Shown one piece after another: positions 1-11,581 of a stretch of DNA of 64,000 nucleotides (position 1 is its first letter; every line of letters starts with the position of its first letter). Made by a program: the position numbers and the translations under genes. Source of the DNA: Escherichia coli (GTDB lineage Bacteria > Pseudomonadota > Gammaproteobacteria > Enterobacterales > Enterobacteriaceae); the NCBI RefSeq assembly GCF_013122565.1, contig NZ_CP053258.1; one strand, 5' to 3'. The notes under the pieces are model-generated. The model was given only the letters and a program-made list of their open reading frames with translations. It did no database searches and was not told the DNA's origin.

Positions 1-125
1 CGAATGCTGCGGCGCAACGGGCGCTGACAGGCGGCAAGAAAATCATCAAAAGAGAGCGTCGAAGGCATTGCTTCGCGCATTTGCGTCAGAAAGGCGTCCG
101 GGAAATAAACGGTATGTTGGGCCAC
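1..125 (-). CDS. rsmF: 16S rRNA m5C1407 methyltransferase RsmF (YebU), N-terminal fragment; the gene runs off the window start
   Basis: Reverse complement of 1-125 reads [43 protein letters not shown], which I recognise as the RsmF N-terminus. It lies downstream of letB as in K-12. Too short for the ORF track. Confidence 0.7.
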   Translation of the reverse strand, partial: MAQHTVYFPDAFLTQMREAMPSTLSFDDFLAACQRPLRRSI

Positions 126-173
126 GAGCATATACCACTGGCAAAAAAACAGGCGCGCAGTTTAGCATAAACG

Positions 174-195
174 CTCCGGCGCAGGCACGCCGGAG
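174..195 (-). terminator. Hairpin just downstream of the letB stop (possible weak terminator or attenuator)
   Basis: 8-bp inverted repeat ctccggcg/cgccggag with a 6-nt loop, 10 nt past the letB stop. The U tail on the minus strand is poor. Confidence 0.3.
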
Positions 196-204
196 CAGTG
201 GGCA

Positions 205-2838
205 TTATTTGGGAAGCGCAGTTCCCCATTCACGCCACTCTTTCGGTTCACTTTCCTGCAACAGGAAGTGCTTGCCTTCCTGGGCTTTCGGTGCCAGTGG
301 CGTACCCGGAGGCGTGGCGAAGGCGATGCCGCCACGGATAAACTGGTTAAAGGTGCCGGTTTTCACTACGCCGCCCGTCAAACCAAAGTCCAGACTGTAA
401 CCCGATGCCAACCAGAAGATGGAATTGTTACGCACCAGGTGTTGATAGCGTTTACTGATGCGCATCGCAATCATCACGCGATCAGACAATGTCCCCAGCG
501 TCATTCCGGTAACCGTACCTACTTCCAGACCACGGAACAGCACAGGCGTACCAATACCTAACGAACCGGCTTCAGGCGCTTCAACAATAATGCTTAAGCC
601 ATCCAGGTAACGCGAATCAGTAATGGTGGCCTCTTGCAACTCAAAGTCGCGGCGAGGATTACCCCGACCTGGTTCGACGTTGATATACGGCTGGAGGATG
701 GTATCAAGATGCTCAACGCCCGCGGCTGAAATTTGCGGTGTGACCACCGAGAAGCGCGTACCGCCGCGGGCGAAGGTCTGGACATACTCCGGATAGAGCA
801 CCGCTTTTGCCTGCACTTCATTGCGCGCGGTAATCAGATCCAGCGTCTGGATTTGCCCGATATCAATACCGAGATAGCGAATTGGCATCCCGACCGCCAG
901 TTTTCCGGCATCGAAAGCGTGGAGCGTAATCTGCCCGCCAACCGCACGGGCTGCTGTTTCGGAAGCATACAGAATACGTTTGTCGCCTTTACGCTGACTG
1001 GCGCTGGCACCGCTGAGGTTATCGAAGCTAATGGCTCCCTTTAATGCTCTGGAGAGCGGGGATGCCTGTACGGTCAGGCCGCTGCCATTCAGCTGAACTT
1101 TCGCCCCGCCTTCTGCCCAGAACACGCTATTGCTGGTCAGAAGGTTGCGATACTCCGGCTTAATATGCAGATCGATATCAAACGCGTTAGCTCGCGGACG
1201 CACGGTAATCACTTCACCAACTTCAAATTTACGGTACAGCACTACCGATCCTGCCTGCACATCCGGCAGCGTCTCTGCACTCAAACTCACGGTTGTGGTG
1301 GGTAAATCGCTAAGGCTGTTCTCCAGCGCTTTTTCCAGATTTGCATACAGTGGATAGCTGGCTTTCATCTCGCCTTTATCGCCCGGCAGAATACGTATCC
1401 CGCCGTTAATCCATTCTGAGGCGCTGGCACCGAGAAACTCAACGCCATCCAGCCCCACCTTCACGTCGACACGGCTGTTGACGACAAATTTGCTATCGCC
1501 TTTTACCAGTTCGCGATGCTGAGGCTCGATGGCGACGGTAAAGGTAACGCCTTTGCTGGTGAGTTTACGATCAATAACCTGGCCTACCTGCACGCCGTGA
1601 AGAATGAGCGGCTGACCAGCATCAATACCGTAACTTTCCGGCGCGGTCAGGGTCAGCGTCAGAACATCAGGTTCATGCAGCAGTGCTTTTTCGCCTGGCA
1701 CAACAACGAACTCTTTGCGTGGCTCGCCATCGCCGGGCACCAACTCAAAGGTTTTGCCAGTCAGCAGGGCGCTGAGATTGGCATCGCTAAGGGATAATTT
1801 CGGGTTGCGTAATTCGATGCGGGTATTTTCCCGTAGCAGCGTAACGACGCTGGGATCAACGGTCATTTCTCCGGTGACTTTACCACCAGGATTTAAATCC
1901 AGTTTAGTCAGCTGTCCGACTTCCAGCCCCTGATACATTAACGGCGTCGAGTCGGCGGTTAATCCGGCCCCACTCGGCAGTTCCAGTTTTATTATTACGC
2001 CACGCTGGCTGTGGGCCAGATCTTCATACAGACCAAAGGTATCTTCCGCCTCGGCAGGTTTCGACTCTTCAGGTGAATCGAAGGCAATCGCACCGTTAAC
2101 CAGTGCCGCCAGACTTTCCAGTTTCACCTTCGCGCCACTGATACTGACGTTGGCATCAACGCCAGAAACATTCCAGAAACGGCTACCTTTTTTCACCAGG
2201 TCGGTAAAACGCCGCTCGATCAGGACATCAATCACCACGCCTTGTTTATTGGGATTGATGGCATAGTCGTAGACTTTACCCACCGGGATCTTGCGGAAAT
2301 AGACCAATGAACCGCTGTTCAGCGAACCGAGATCGGGAGCTTGCAGGTGGATCATCAGATCGCCGTTATCCAGCCGATACTTCGGTTGGGTATCGAGTGC
2401 GACAAAGTGATCCTGCTCTTTACCTTTACCTGGCATCATGCCGATATAGTTACCACCGACGAGGGCGTCCAGCCCGGAGACACCTGCCAACGAGGCCTTT
2501 GGCGTCACCAGCCAGAACTGTGTCTCTTCGCGCAGCGCATCTTTCATATCGGATTTGATGCTGACCTTGACTTCAATCTTACGAAGATCGTCGCTGAGGC
2601 TGATATCCTGCACTGTTCCGACTTCAACGCCCTGATAACGAACAGGCGTACGGCCTGGAACAATACCATCCGCCGACATAAAGTCGATGGTGACGGTATT
2701 ACCCCGGTCCTGATAACTGTCCCAAATCAGCCAACCGGCAATCATTAGCGCGATGAACGGCAGCAGCCAGAAAGGTGAGATACGGCGTTTATTTTTAATC
2801 TGCGCTTCAGTCGTCGAAGCGGGCGTTTCCTGACTCAT
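205..2838 (-). CDS. letB: Lipophilic envelope-spanning tunnel protein LetB (YebT), multi-MCE-domain protein
   Basis: ORF track 205..2880 (891 aa). Start trimmed to ATG 2838 ([27 protein letters not shown]...), giving 877 aa. N-terminal TM helix followed by tandem MCE repeats. Sequence recognised as YebT/LetB. Confidence 0.95.
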   Translation of the reverse strand: MSQETPASTTEAQIKNKRRISPFWLLPFIALMIAGWLIWDSYQDRGNTVTIDFMSADGIVPGRTPVRYQGVEVGTVQDISLSDDLRKIEVKVSIKSDMKDALREETQFWLVTPKASLAGVSGLDALVGGNYIGMMPGKGKEQDHFVALDTQPKYRLDNGDLMIHLQAPDLGSLNSGSLVYFRKIPVGKVYDYAINPNKQGVVIDVLIERRFTDLVKKGSRFWNVSGVDANVSISGAKVKLESLAALVNGAIAFDSPEESKPAEAEDTFGLYEDLAHSQRGVIIKLELPSGAGLTADSTPLMYQGLEVGQLTKLDLNPGGKVTGEMTVDPSVVTLLRENTRIELRNPKLSLSDANLSALLTGKTFELVPGDGEPRKEFVVVPGEKALLHEPDVLTLTLTAPESYGIDAGQPLILHGVQVGQVIDRKLTSKGVTFTVAIEPQHRELVKGDSKFVVNSRVDVKVGLDGVEFLGASASEWINGGIRILPGDKGEMKASYPLYANLEKALENSLSDLPTTTVSLSAETLPDVQAGSVVLYRKFEVGEVITVRPRANAFDIDLHIKPEYRNLLTSNSVFWAEGGAKVQLNGSGLTVQASPLSRALKGAISFDNLSGASASQRKGDKRILYASETAARAVGGQITLHAFDAGKLAVGMPIRYLGIDIGQIQTLDLITARNEVQAKAVLYPEYVQTFARGGTRFSVVTPQISAAGVEHLDTILQPYINVEPGRGNPRRDFELQEATITDSRYLDGLSIIVEAPEAGSLGIGTPVLFRGLEVGTVTGMTLGTLSDRVMIAMRISKRYQHLVRNNSIFWLASGYSLDFGLTGGVVKTGTFNQFIRGGIAFATPPGTPLAPKAQEGKHFLLQESEPKEWREWGTALPK

Positions 2839-4090
2839 GTGCATCCCAAAGTAAGCGGCTGTCCAGCCATTCCACAGCAAGAATAGTCAAAATTACCGCT
2901 GCGCCGAAATAAAACGCAGCCGGTCCCATAGTAAAAGCGAGAATCTGATCGCGATTAATCAGCGACATGGTTAAAGATATGACAAACAGGTCGAGCATCG
3001 ACCAGCGACCAATCCAGGTCACCATTCGCAGTAACAGAATGCGTGTGCGTAAACCTTGTTGGCATTTAAAATGAATGCTCAACAGTAAAGTGAACATGAC
3101 GATCACTTTAGTAAACGGAACCAGAATACTGGCGATAAACACGATTCCTGCAACCGCAATGTTGCTACTTGCCAGCGACATAATTCCGGAAAGAATTGTA
3201 TCTTCCTGCCGTCCTCCGTTCAGATAAATGATAGAAATAGGCAACAGGTTGGCAGGTAACAATAAGACGATTGACGCTAACAGCGCCGCCCAGCATTTTT
3301 GCAAACTATGACGGCGACGCAGGCGTAGCGGAATATGGCAACGCGGGCAGCGACCACGCTGATCAGGATAGCCGGTAAAATGGCACCCAAGACAGACACG
3401 AAGTTTCTCGTCCCTACGCGTAGCGGGGCGCTGCGGATAAAATCGCTCCCACAGCTCCTCAACATTAAGATGTGACAACGTCACCGTTGTTAAAATCACC
3501 AACGCCACAAAAGAGAACAAGCCGACGCCAGCCTGGATATGGGCATAATCCTGTACCTTTATAGAAGCAACGCCAATGCCGACCAGGTAGATATCCAGCA
3601 TTACCCACTCTTTAAGGCGCTCAAGCATCAGCAGTACCGGGCGTAAGTTCATTCCCAGTCGGTTACCAAACCATAAATAAGCTATGGAGGTCACCAGAAT
3701 GAGGGGGGCACCAATAACGCAGAAAAAGACCATCGACCCCGTTATCGTATCGCCCTGTTTGGTCATTTGCCAGATGCCTTGCATGACGTTGGCGTCGATA
3801 CGAATACCTAACAGCCAGATATGCAACAGCGGTTCGCCCCAGGCAAACGGCATCAGCAACAGCATGGTGAAAGCCATTGCCGCCAGGCGCGTTAGCGACC
3901 AGTCGCGCCCGTCGCGAATTTTTGCCTGACAGCGCGGACAATAGGCACTCTGATGAGAATTTATCTCGGGCAGGCTAAACAGCATGTCACATTGCGGGCA
4001 ACGTTGGTAATCACCACGCGGCAGTTCCTCGCCGATTGCCCTCACTGTTATCTTTTTTGTCGGCGTAATTTGTTGTGTGTTAAGAGCCAT
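2807..4090 (-). CDS. letA: PqiA-family inner membrane protein LetA (YebS)
   Basis: ORF track, 427 aa. Two PqiA-like halves, each with paired CxxC motifs (CPQCD..CPRCQ; CLGCH..CPRCH) and polytopic TM segments. The 3' end overlaps the letB start by 32 nt. Confidence 0.95.
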   Translation of the reverse strand: MALNTQQITPTKKITVRAIGEELPRGDYQRCPQCDMLFSLPEINSHQSAYCPRCQAKIRDGRDWSLTRLAAMAFTMLLLMPFAWGEPLLHIWLLGIRIDANVMQGIWQMTKQGDTITGSMVFFCVIGAPLILVTSIAYLWFGNRLGMNLRPVLLMLERLKEWVMLDIYLVGIGVASIKVQDYAHIQAGVGLFSFVALVILTTVTLSHLNVEELWERFYPQRPATRRDEKLRVCLGCHFTGYPDQRGRCPRCHIPLRLRRRHSLQKCWAALLASIVLLLPANLLPISIIYLNGGRQEDTILSGIMSLASSNIAVAGIVFIASILVPFTKVIVMFTLLLSIHFKCQQGLRTRILLLRMVTWIGRWSMLDLFVISLTMSLINRDQILAFTMGPAAFYFGAAVILTILAVEWLDSRLLWDAHESGNARFDD

Positions 4091-4219
4091 GACGTGCCAA
4101 ATGTAATAAGAATTAACATTAATCTTAACCCATGATTGGAATGATCTTGAGCATTAACGCATTTAATGCTTATTTTAATAGGCTGGCAGTTCCTGGTAAG
4201 ACAACCAAGTGATTATATA

Positions 4220-4717
4220 ATGAACAAAACAGAATTTTACGCGGATTTAAATCGCGACTTTAACGCGCTGATGGCAGGAGAAACCAGTTTTCTGGCAACG
4301 CTTGCGAACACCAGTGCGTTGTTATATGAGCGTCTCACTGACGTAAACTGGGCAGGTTTTTATTTGCTTGAGGACGATACACTGGTACTCGGACCATTTC
4401 AGGGCAAAATTGCCTGTGTCCGGATACCCGTCGGGCGCGGCGTGTGCGGCACTGCGGTTGCCCGCAATCAAGTGCAGCGTATCGAGGATGTTCATGCGTT
4501 TGACGGGCATATTGCCTGTGATGCGGCGAGTAATTCTGAAATTGTTCTGCCGCTGGTGGTGAAAAATCAGATTATTGGTGTTCTCGACATCGATAGTACC
4601 GTCTTCGGTCGCTTTACAGACGAGGACGAGCAAGGCTTACGTCAGCTTGTGGCACAGCTTGAAAAGGTGCTTGCAACGACGGATTACAAAAAATTCTTTG
4701 CGAGCGTCGCAGGATAA
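4220..4717 (+). CDS. msrC: Free methionine-(R)-sulfoxide reductase MsrC (YebR), GAF domain
   Basis: ORF track 4166..4717. Start trimmed to ATG 4220 (MNKTEFYADLNRDF...), giving 165 aa. Recognised as YebR/MsrC. Confidence 0.9.
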   Translation: MNKTEFYADLNRDFNALMAGETSFLATLANTSALLYERLTDVNWAGFYLLEDDTLVLGPFQGKIACVRIPVGRGVCGTAVARNQVQRIEDVHAFDGHIACDAASNSEIVLPLVVKNQIIGVLDIDSTVFGRFTDEDEQGLRQLVAQLEKVLATTDYKKFFASVAG

Positions 4718-4813
4718 TCAACGGATAACGTAGCATTTACTGATAGCGTCATTATAATGACGCCTGTTCATGCCTGCGCTTGTTGGCTACGTCCGTTGTA
4801 ATCAGGAAATTTC

Positions 4814-5512
4814 ATGGAAAATCAACCTAAGTTGAATAGCAGTAAAGAAGTAATCGCGTTTCTGGCCGAACGTTTTCCCCACTGTTTCAGTGCGGAAGGT
4901 GAAGCGCGTCCGCTGAAAATCGGTATTTTTCAGGATTTGGTCGATCGTGTTGCCGGGGAAATGAACCTGAGCAAAACGCAATTACGATCCGCTTTACGTC
5001 TCTACACTTCGAGCTGGCGTTATCTTTACGGTGTTAAACCCGGCGCAACGCGTGTCGATCTTGACGGCAACCCATGCGGTGAGCTGGATGAGCAACATGT
5101 AGAGCATGCTCGCAAGCAGCTTGAAGAAGCGAAAGCGCGTGTTCAGGCACAGCGTGCTGAACAGCAAGCGAAAAAACGCGAAGCTGCCGCAGCTGCTGGT
5201 GAGAAAGAAGACACACCGCGCCGCGAACGCAAGCCACGTCCGACCACGCCACGTCGCAAAGAAGGCGCTGAACGTAAACCTCGTGCGCAAAAGCCGGTAG
5301 AGAAAGCGCCAAAAACAGTAAAAGCACCTCGCGAAGAACAGCACACCCCGGTTTCTGACATTTCAGCTCTGACTGTCGGACAAGCCCTGAAGGTGAAAGC
5401 GGGTCAAAACGCGATGGATGCCACCGTATTAGAAATCACCAAAGACGGCGTCCGCGTCCAGCTGAATTCGGGTATGTCTTTGATTGTGCGCGCAGAACAC
5501 CTGGTGTTCTGA
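4814..5512 (+). CDS. proQ: RNA chaperone ProQ (FinO family)
   Basis: ORF track, 232 aa. FinO-like N-domain, basic low-complexity linker ([32 protein letters not shown]...) and C-terminal Tudor-like domain. Recognised. Confidence 0.97.
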   Translation: MENQPKLNSSKEVIAFLAERFPHCFSAEGEARPLKIGIFQDLVDRVAGEMNLSKTQLRSALRLYTSSWRYLYGVKPGATRVDLDGNPCGELDEQHVEHARKQLEEAKARVQAQRAEQQAKKREAAAAAGEKEDTPRRERKPRPTTPRRKEGAERKPRAQKPVEKAPKTVKAPREEQHTPVSDISALTVGQALKVKAGQNAMDATVLEITKDGVRVQLNSGMSLIVRAEHLVF

Positions 5513-5531
5513 AACGGAGGCCGGGCCAGGC

Positions 5532-7580
5532 ATGAACATGTTTTTTAGGCTTACCGCGTTAGCTGGCCTGCTTGCAATAGCAGGCCAGACCTTCGCTGTA
5601 GAAGATATCACGCGTGCTGATCAAATTCCGGTATTAAAGGAAGAGACGCAGCATGCGACGGTAAGTGAGCGCGTAACGTCGCGCTTCACCCGTTCTCATT
5701 ATCGCCAGTTCGACCTCGATCAGGCATTTTCGGCCAAAATCTTTGACCGCTACCTGAATCTGCTCGATTACAGCCACAACGTGCTGCTGGCAAGCGATGT
5801 TGAACAGTTCGCGAAAAAGAAAACCGAGTTAGGCGATGAACTGCGTTCAGGCAAACTCGACGTTTTCTACGATCTCTACAATCTGGCGCAAAAGCGCCGT
5901 TTTGAGCGTTACCAGTACGCTTTGTCGGTACTGGAAAAGCCGATGGATTTCACCGGCAACGACACTTATAACCTTGACCGCAGCAAAGCGCCCTGGCCGA
6001 AAAACGAGGCTGAGTTGAACGCGCTGTGGGACAGTAAAGTCAAATTCGACGAGTTAAGCCTGAAGCTGGCAGGAAAAACGGATAAAGAAATTCGTGAAAC
6101 CCTGACACGCCGCTACAAATTTGCCATTCGTCGTCTGGCGCAAACCAACAGCGAAGATGTTTTCTCGCTGGCAATGACGGCGTTTGCGCGTGAAATCGAC
6201 CCGCATACCAACTATCTTTCCCCGCGTAATACCGAACAGTTCAACACTGAAATGAGTTTGTCGCTGGAAGGTATTGGCGCAGTGCTGCAAATGGATGATG
6301 ACTACACCGTTATCAATTCGATGGTGGCAGGTGGTCCGGCAGCGAAGAGTAAAGCTATCAGCGTTGGTGACAAAATTGTCGGTGTTGGTCAAACAGGCAA
6401 GCCGATGGTTGACGTGATTGGCTGGCGTCTTGATGATGTGGTTGCCTTAATTAAAGGGCCGAAGGGCAGTAAAGTTCGTCTGGAAATTTTACCTGCTGGT
6501 AAAGGGACCAAGACCCGTACTGTAACGTTGACCCGTGAACGTATTCGTCTCGAAGACCGCGCGGTTAAAATGTCGGTGAAGACCGTCGGTAAAGAGAAAG
6601 TCGGCGTACTGGATATTCCGGGCTTCTATGTGGGTTTGACAGACGATGTCAAAGTACAACTGCAGAAACTGGAAAAACAGAATGTCAGCAGTGTGATCAT
6701 CGACCTGCGTAGCAATGGCGGTGGGGCGTTGACCGAAGCGGTATCGCTCTCAGGTCTGTTTATTCCTGCGGGTCCTATTGTTCAGGTCCGTGATAACAAC
6801 GGTAAAGTTCGTGAAGACAGCGATACCGACGGACAGGTTTTCTATAAAGGCCCGCTGGTGGTACTGGTTGACCGCTTCAGTGCTTCGGCTTCAGAAATCT
6901 TTGCCGCGGCAATGCAGGATTACGGTCGTGCGCTGGTTGTGGGTGAACCGACGTTTGGTAAAGGCACCGTTCAGCAATACCGTTCATTGAACCGTATTTA
7001 CGATCAGATGTTACGTCCTGAATGGCCAGCGCTGGGTTCTGTGCAGTACACGATCCAGAAATTCTATCGCGTTAACGGCGGCAGTACGCAACGTAAAGGC
7101 GTAACGCCAGACATCATCATGCCGACGGGTAATGAAGAAACGGAAACGGGTGAGAAATTCGAAGATAACGCGCTGCCGTGGGATAGCATTGATGCCGCGA
7201 CTTATGTGAAATCAGGAGATTTAACGGCCTTTGAACCGGAGCTACTGAAGGAACATAATGCGCGTATCGCGAAAGATCCTGAGTTCCAGAACATCATGAA
7301 GGATATCGCGCGCTTCAACGCTATGAAGGACAAGCGCAATATCGTTTCTCTGAATTACGCTGTGCGTGAGAAAGAGAATAATGAAGATGATGCGACGCGT
7401 CTGGCGCGTTTGAACGAACGCTTTAAACGCGAAGGTAAACCGGAGTTGAAGAAACTGGATGATCTACCGAAAGATTACCAGGAGCCGGATCCTTATCTGG
7501 ATGAGACGGTGAATATCGCACTCGATCTGGCGAAGCTTGAAAAAGCCAGACCCGCGGAACAACCCGCACCCGTCAAGTAA
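5532..7580 (+). CDS. prc: Tail-specific periplasmic protease Prc (Tsp), S41 family with PDZ domain
   Basis: ORF track 5484..7580. Start trimmed to ATG 5532 (MNMFFRLTALAGLLAIAGQTFA signal peptide), giving 682 aa. Lies 20 nt after the proQ stop. Confidence 0.95.
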   Translation: MNMFFRLTALAGLLAIAGQTFAVEDITRADQIPVLKEETQHATVSERVTSRFTRSHYRQFDLDQAFSAKIFDRYLNLLDYSHNVLLASDVEQFAKKKTELGDELRSGKLDVFYDLYNLAQKRRFERYQYALSVLEKPMDFTGNDTYNLDRSKAPWPKNEAELNALWDSKVKFDELSLKLAGKTDKEIRETLTRRYKFAIRRLAQTNSEDVFSLAMTAFAREIDPHTNYLSPRNTEQFNTEMSLSLEGIGAVLQMDDDYTVINSMVAGGPAAKSKAISVGDKIVGVGQTGKPMVDVIGWRLDDVVALIKGPKGSKVRLEILPAGKGTKTRTVTLTRERIRLEDRAVKMSVKTVGKEKVGVLDIPGFYVGLTDDVKVQLQKLEKQNVSSVIIDLRSNGGGALTEAVSLSGLFIPAGPIVQVRDNNGKVREDSDTDGQVFYKGPLVVLVDRFSASASEIFAAAMQDYGRALVVGEPTFGKGTVQQYRSLNRIYDQMLRPEWPALGSVQYTIQKFYRVNGGSTQRKGVTPDIIMPTGNEETETGEKFEDNALPWDSIDAATYVKSGDLTAFEPELLKEHNARIAKDPEFQNIMKDIARFNAMKDKRNIVSLNYAVREKENNEDDATRLARLNERFKREGKPELKKLDDLPKDYQEPDPYLDETVNIALDLAKLEKARPAEQPAPVK

Positions 7581-7584
7581 TATC

Positions 7585-7616
7585 AATCAGGCACAAGAAA
7601 TTGTGCCTGATTTTTT
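7585..7616 (+). terminator. Rho-independent terminator of proQ-prc
   Basis: 11-bp stem aatcaggcaca/tgtgcctgatt with a 6-nt loop, followed by a T-run, 5 nt after the prc stop. Confidence 0.8.
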
Positions 7617-7694
7617 AACAGCGGCAAGATGCCGTAAATCAGATGCTACAAAATGTAAAGTTGTGTCTTTATGGTGACTTACGCGCTATCCAGA

Positions 7695-7720
7695 CTTGAA
7701 AATAGTCGCGTAACCCATAC
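7695..7720 (+). promoter_or_regulatory. Candidate sigma-32 heat-shock promoter of htpX
   Basis: CTTGAAA (7695-7701), about 12 nt, then CCCATAC (7714-7720) resembles the sigma-32 consensus CTTGAA-N13-15-CCCCATNT. htpX is a known heat-shock gene. Motif match by eye only. Confidence 0.4.
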
Positions 7721-7771
7721 GATGTGGGTATCGCATATTGCGTTTTGTTAAACTGAGGTAAAAAGAAAATT

Positions 7772-8653
7772 ATGATGCGAATCGCGCTCTTCCTGCTAAC
7801 GAACCTGGCCGTAATGGTCGTTTTCGGGCTGGTACTGAGCCTGACAGGGATACAGTCGAGCAGCGTTCAGGGGCTGATGATCATGGCCTTGCTGTTCGGT
7901 TTCGGTGGTTCCTTCGTTTCGCTTCTGATGTCCAAATGGATGGCATTACGATCTGTTGGCGGGGAAGTGATCGAGCAACCGCGTAACGAAAGGGAACGTT
8001 GGCTGGTCAATACTGTAGCAACCCAGGCTCGTCAGGCGGGGATCGCTATGCCGCAAGTGGCTATCTACCATGCGCCGGACATCAACGCTTTTGCAACCGG
8101 TGCGCGCCGTGATGCCTCTCTGGTTGCTGTCAGCACCGGTTTGCTGCAGAACATGAGCCCGGATGAAGCCGAGGCGGTAATTGCTCACGAAATCAGCCAC
8201 ATCGCCAATGGTGATATGGTCACCATGACGCTGATTCAGGGCGTGGTGAACACCTTCGTTATCTTTATTTCCCGTATTCTGGCGCAGCTTGCCGCGGGTT
8301 TTATGGGCGGAAATCGTGATGAAGGTGAAGAGAGCAACGGCAACCCGCTGATCTACTTTGCGGTTGCAACGGTTCTGGAACTGGTGTTTGGTATTCTGGC
8401 GAGCATTATCACCATGTGGTTCTCGCGTCATCGTGAATTCCATGCTGATGCCGGTTCGGCAAAACTGGTTGGTCGAGAGAAAATGATTGCCGCGCTGCAG
8501 CGCCTGAAAACCAGCTATGAACCGCAAGAAGCAACCAGTATGATGGCTTTCTGTATTAACGGTAAGTCGAAATCGCTCAGTGAGTTGTTCATGACTCACC
8601 CGCCGCTGGATAAACGTATTGAAGCTCTGCGTACGGGTGAATACCTGAAGTAA
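7772..8653 (+). CDS. htpX: Membrane-bound zinc metalloprotease HtpX (M48)
   Basis: ORF track, 293 aa. HExxH motif ([11 protein letters not shown]), TM helices. Recognised as HtpX. Confidence 0.97.
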
Positions 8654-8668
8654 TATGAAGTAAATACT

Positions 8669-8700
8669 AAAAAGCGCGTCCTGAACGACGCGCTTTTTTT
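8669..8700. terminator. Bidirectional terminator shared by convergent htpX and yebQ
   Basis: A5-gcgcgtc-ctgaac-gacgcgc-T7: a GC stem flanked by an A-run and a T-run. Overlaps the yebQ stop codon. Confidence 0.75.
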
Positions 8701-10072
8701 ATGCCCTGGATCGTGGCTGAGTGATACGTAAACCACTGACACAGGCAGCAATCACTGCCAGAATAGCCGCAGCCATCAGCGAGACGTGCGTACCATTATC
8801 ACCAAAGTGATTTAGCATCAGCGCCACCAGCGCCGCGCCGCTACTCTGACCCAGTAGACGAGCCGTCCCTAACATGCCACTGGCTCCACCGCTACGTTCG
8901 CGAGGAGCGGAGGTAATAATGGTGTGGTTATTGGGTGACTGGAATAAGCCAAATCCAGCACCACATAAGATCATCGGCCAGATAATATTGATATCCGCAG
9001 GTGACGCGGGCAGCAGAACCAGGGAAAAAAGCCCCGCAGCCATGATGAACAATCCTAAAGCACCCAGCAATCCTGCATGTACGCGTTCAATCAAATAGCC
9101 TGCCAGCGGAGCCATCACCATCGTTGCTAACGGCCACGGTGTCAGAAGTAAACCTGTTTCGACTTCACTACGCCCGAGCACGGTTTGCAGGTAAAAGGGC
9201 AGGGAAACCATTGCCAGCATTTGTGCGCAGAAAGAGCAAACAGATGTGCAAATAGAAAGTGAAAACAGCGGGATACGCAGTAAATCCACCGGTAGCAGCG
9301 GTACGGGAAGAGAAAGCTGGCGGCGAATAAAGAAAATACCAACGACAACCATTACCACCAGCTCCGCACCAATCAATGTCAGCGATTGCCCCTGAGCGAA
9401 ACCACTCAACGCAGTGATAAGCAGGCCGAAGGTTAACGCGTTCATCACGGCGCTGGGCAGGTCGAAACGGGGTTTACTGGCGCGAGAACCATTGGGTGGC
9501 AGAAAACGCATTGCCAGAAGCAGGGCGATAATACCCAACGGTACGTTGATTAAAAATAACCATTTCCAGGATGCGATGGAGAGGATTGCTGCAGCAATTG
9601 TCGGCCCGGCAGCAGAAGAGACGGCAACAATAAACGAGTTTATGCCCATCCCTCTACCCAGAAAACGTTGTGGATAGATCAGGCGGATAAGGGCGGTATT
9701 AACGCTCATCAACGCTGCACCGCCGAAACCTTGTATGACACGCGCAAGGGTGAGCATTTGCAGCGAATCAGAAAGGGCGCAGAACAGTGAAGACAACAGA
9801 AAAACGACCAGACCGCATTTATAAATACGTCGATAGCCAAACATATCACCCAGAAACGAAAACGAGAGCAGGGAGATGACAATGGCGATTTGATAGGCGT
9901 TCACTACCCAGATGGAACTGGCTGGCGTGGCATGAAGGTCCGTGGCGATTGTTGGCAAGGCGACGTTGGCGATTGCGCCGTCAAGGACAGCCATCGAAAT
10001 ACCAATCACAATGGTTAATATCGCACCGTATCGCTGGGGCAATGGCAGGCCGTCGGCCTGAACTTTTGGCAT
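8699..10072 (-). CDS. yebQ: MFS transporter YebQ (DHA2/EmrB-like, 14 TM)
   Basis: ORF track 8699..10183. Start trimmed to ATG 10072 (MPKVQADGLPLPQRYG...), giving 457 aa. Recognised. Confidence 0.9.
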   Translation of the reverse strand: MPKVQADGLPLPQRYGAILTIVIGISMAVLDGAIANVALPTIATDLHATPASSIWVVNAYQIAIVISLLSFSFLGDMFGYRRIYKCGLVVFLLSSLFCALSDSLQMLTLARVIQGFGGAALMSVNTALIRLIYPQRFLGRGMGINSFIVAVSSAAGPTIAAAILSIASWKWLFLINVPLGIIALLLAMRFLPPNGSRASKPRFDLPSAVMNALTFGLLITALSGFAQGQSLTLIGAELVVMVVVGIFFIRRQLSLPVPLLPVDLLRIPLFSLSICTSVCSFCAQMLAMVSLPFYLQTVLGRSEVETGLLLTPWPLATMVMAPLAGYLIERVHAGLLGALGLFIMAAGLFSLVLLPASPADINIIWPMILCGAGFGLFQSPNNHTIITSAPRERSGGASGMLGTARLLGQSSGAALVALMLNHFGDNGTHVSLMAAAILAVIAACVSGLRITQPRSRA

Positions 10073-10248
10073 AGGAATTTTATATCTTTGGTGAATAATC
10101 AACAGGGGTATGATTCTAGCACTGATATTCACGGTGGATGTCGCAGAATTGTAACTAACCGGCAAAAGATGGATTGCGACCACCCTGGCGCGAAATTATA
10201 ATAAAAAACAGTTCTGATTTTTATAAAACACTCGCAATGAGGTGATAA

Positions 10249-11040
10249 ATGGCTAACGCAGATCTGGATAAACAGCCTGATTCTGTATCTTCCGTGCTAA
10301 AAGTTTTTGGCATTTTGCAGGCGCTGGGTGAAGAGCGCGAAATAGGGATAACCGAGCTGTCGCAGCGCGTCATGATGTCAAAAAGCACCGTTTATCGCTT
10401 TTTACAGACCATGAAAACCTTAGGTTATGTGGCCCAGGAAGGGGAGTCGGAGAAATATTCCCTGACCCTGAAATTGTTTGAACTGGGCGCTCGCGCGTTG
10501 CAAAACGTCGATTTAATTCGTAGCGCAGATATCCAGATGCGTGAGATCTCCCGCCTGACTAAAGAAACTATCCACCTCGGCGCACTGGATGAAGACAGTA
10601 TTGTTTACATTCACAAAATTGACTCTATGTACAATTTGCGCATGTATTCACGGATTGGGCGTCGTAATCCGCTGTACAGCACCGCGATTGGTAAGGTACT
10701 GCTGGCATGGCGCGATCGCGATGAAGTGAAGCAAATTCTTGAGGGCGTGGAGTATAAACGCAGTACCGAGCGGACTATCACCAGTACAGAAGCGTTATTA
10801 CCCGTTCTGGACCAGGTGCGCGAGCAGGGGTATGGCGAAGATAACGAAGAGCAGGAAGAAGGGCTGCGATGCATTGCGGTACCGGTATTTGATCGCTTTG
10901 GCGTGGTCATTGCCGGTTTGAGCATCTCCTTCCCGACGTTGCGTTTCTCTGAAGAGCGTTTACAGGAATATGTTGCAATGTTGCATACCGCAGCGCGCAA
11001 AATTTCTGCCCAAATGGGTTATCACGACTATCCGTTCTGA
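10249..11040 (+). CDS. kdgR: IclR-family transcriptional repressor KdgR
   Basis: ORF track, 263 aa. N-terminal wHTH plus IclR effector domain. Recognised as KdgR. Confidence 0.95.
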   Translation: MANADLDKQPDSVSSVLKVFGILQALGEEREIGITELSQRVMMSKSTVYRFLQTMKTLGYVAQEGESEKYSLTLKLFELGARALQNVDLIRSADIQMREISRLTKETIHLGALDEDSIVYIHKIDSMYNLRMYSRIGRRNPLYSTAIGKVLLAWRDRDEVKQILEGVEYKRSTERTITSTEALLPVLDQVREQGYGEDNEEQEEGLRCIAVPVFDRFGVVIAGLSISFPTLRFSEERLQEYVAMLHTAARKISAQMGYHDYPF

Positions 11041-11047
11041 TGAGAGT

Positions 11048-11088
11048 AAGAACCTGTCGGAATATCAAACAGACAGGTTCTTTATTTT
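11048..11088 (+). terminator. kdgR terminator hairpin
   Basis: 11-bp stem aagaacctgtc/gacaggttctt followed by tattttgc, 8 nt after the kdgR stop. Confidence 0.65.
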
Positions 11089-11183
11089 GCATGAGAAAAA
11101 TAAAGTTGAAGGTGGCGTTAGATTAAACGCGCTTGCTATAAGAATTTTTTACTTGTGAGTGAGAATCTGGTTATTTATTACCC

Positions 11184-11423
11184 TTAACCATTATCGACCA
11201 CGATATTGCTTTTGCGTAACAGCGGGCAATCTGTTATCCCCAAAAAACCACTTTTAGTGTGCAAGTATTGTACCGTGCTGGTGCCTCTGGCAGTCAGATA
11301 GGTACATTGCAAACCTAATCCTGCGGCATTCTCTTTGCTTCCAATCAAAACGCCATATCCGCTGAGTAATAATCCTATCCATACCAGTGCTATCAGCATA
11401 ACTGTGCGAATGATGAATCGCAT
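11184..11423 (-). CDS. yobH: Small membrane protein YobH
   Basis: ORF track, 79 aa (MRFIIRTVMLIALVWIGLLLSGYG...). Recognised as YobH. N-terminal hydrophobic helix. Confidence 0.85.
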   Translation of the reverse strand: MRFIIRTVMLIALVWIGLLLSGYGVLIGSKENAAGLGLQCTYLTARGTSTVQYLHTKSGFLGITDCPLLRKSNIVVDNG

Positions 11424-11581
11424 TACAACCTCTTCTCTTTTTATGTTCGCTTAATCGTAGCGGCAATATGCGCTGAAGCAAGCGACTCATTCCGAAAAAG
11501 CACGAATATCGACATAGTTAGGCGCTGTTTAACTAACGCATGCTAGTTTAATGACATAAGGTAGGTAAAACGGAGATTGGA

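Noticed and set aside
11526-11550. PhoP box upstream of mgrB (TGTTTA at 11526 and AGTTTA at 11545).
   Set aside because: The two hexamers are 19 nt apart start to start, not the canonical 11. mgrB is PhoP-regulated, but I cannot place the box confidently, so it is not called as a feature.
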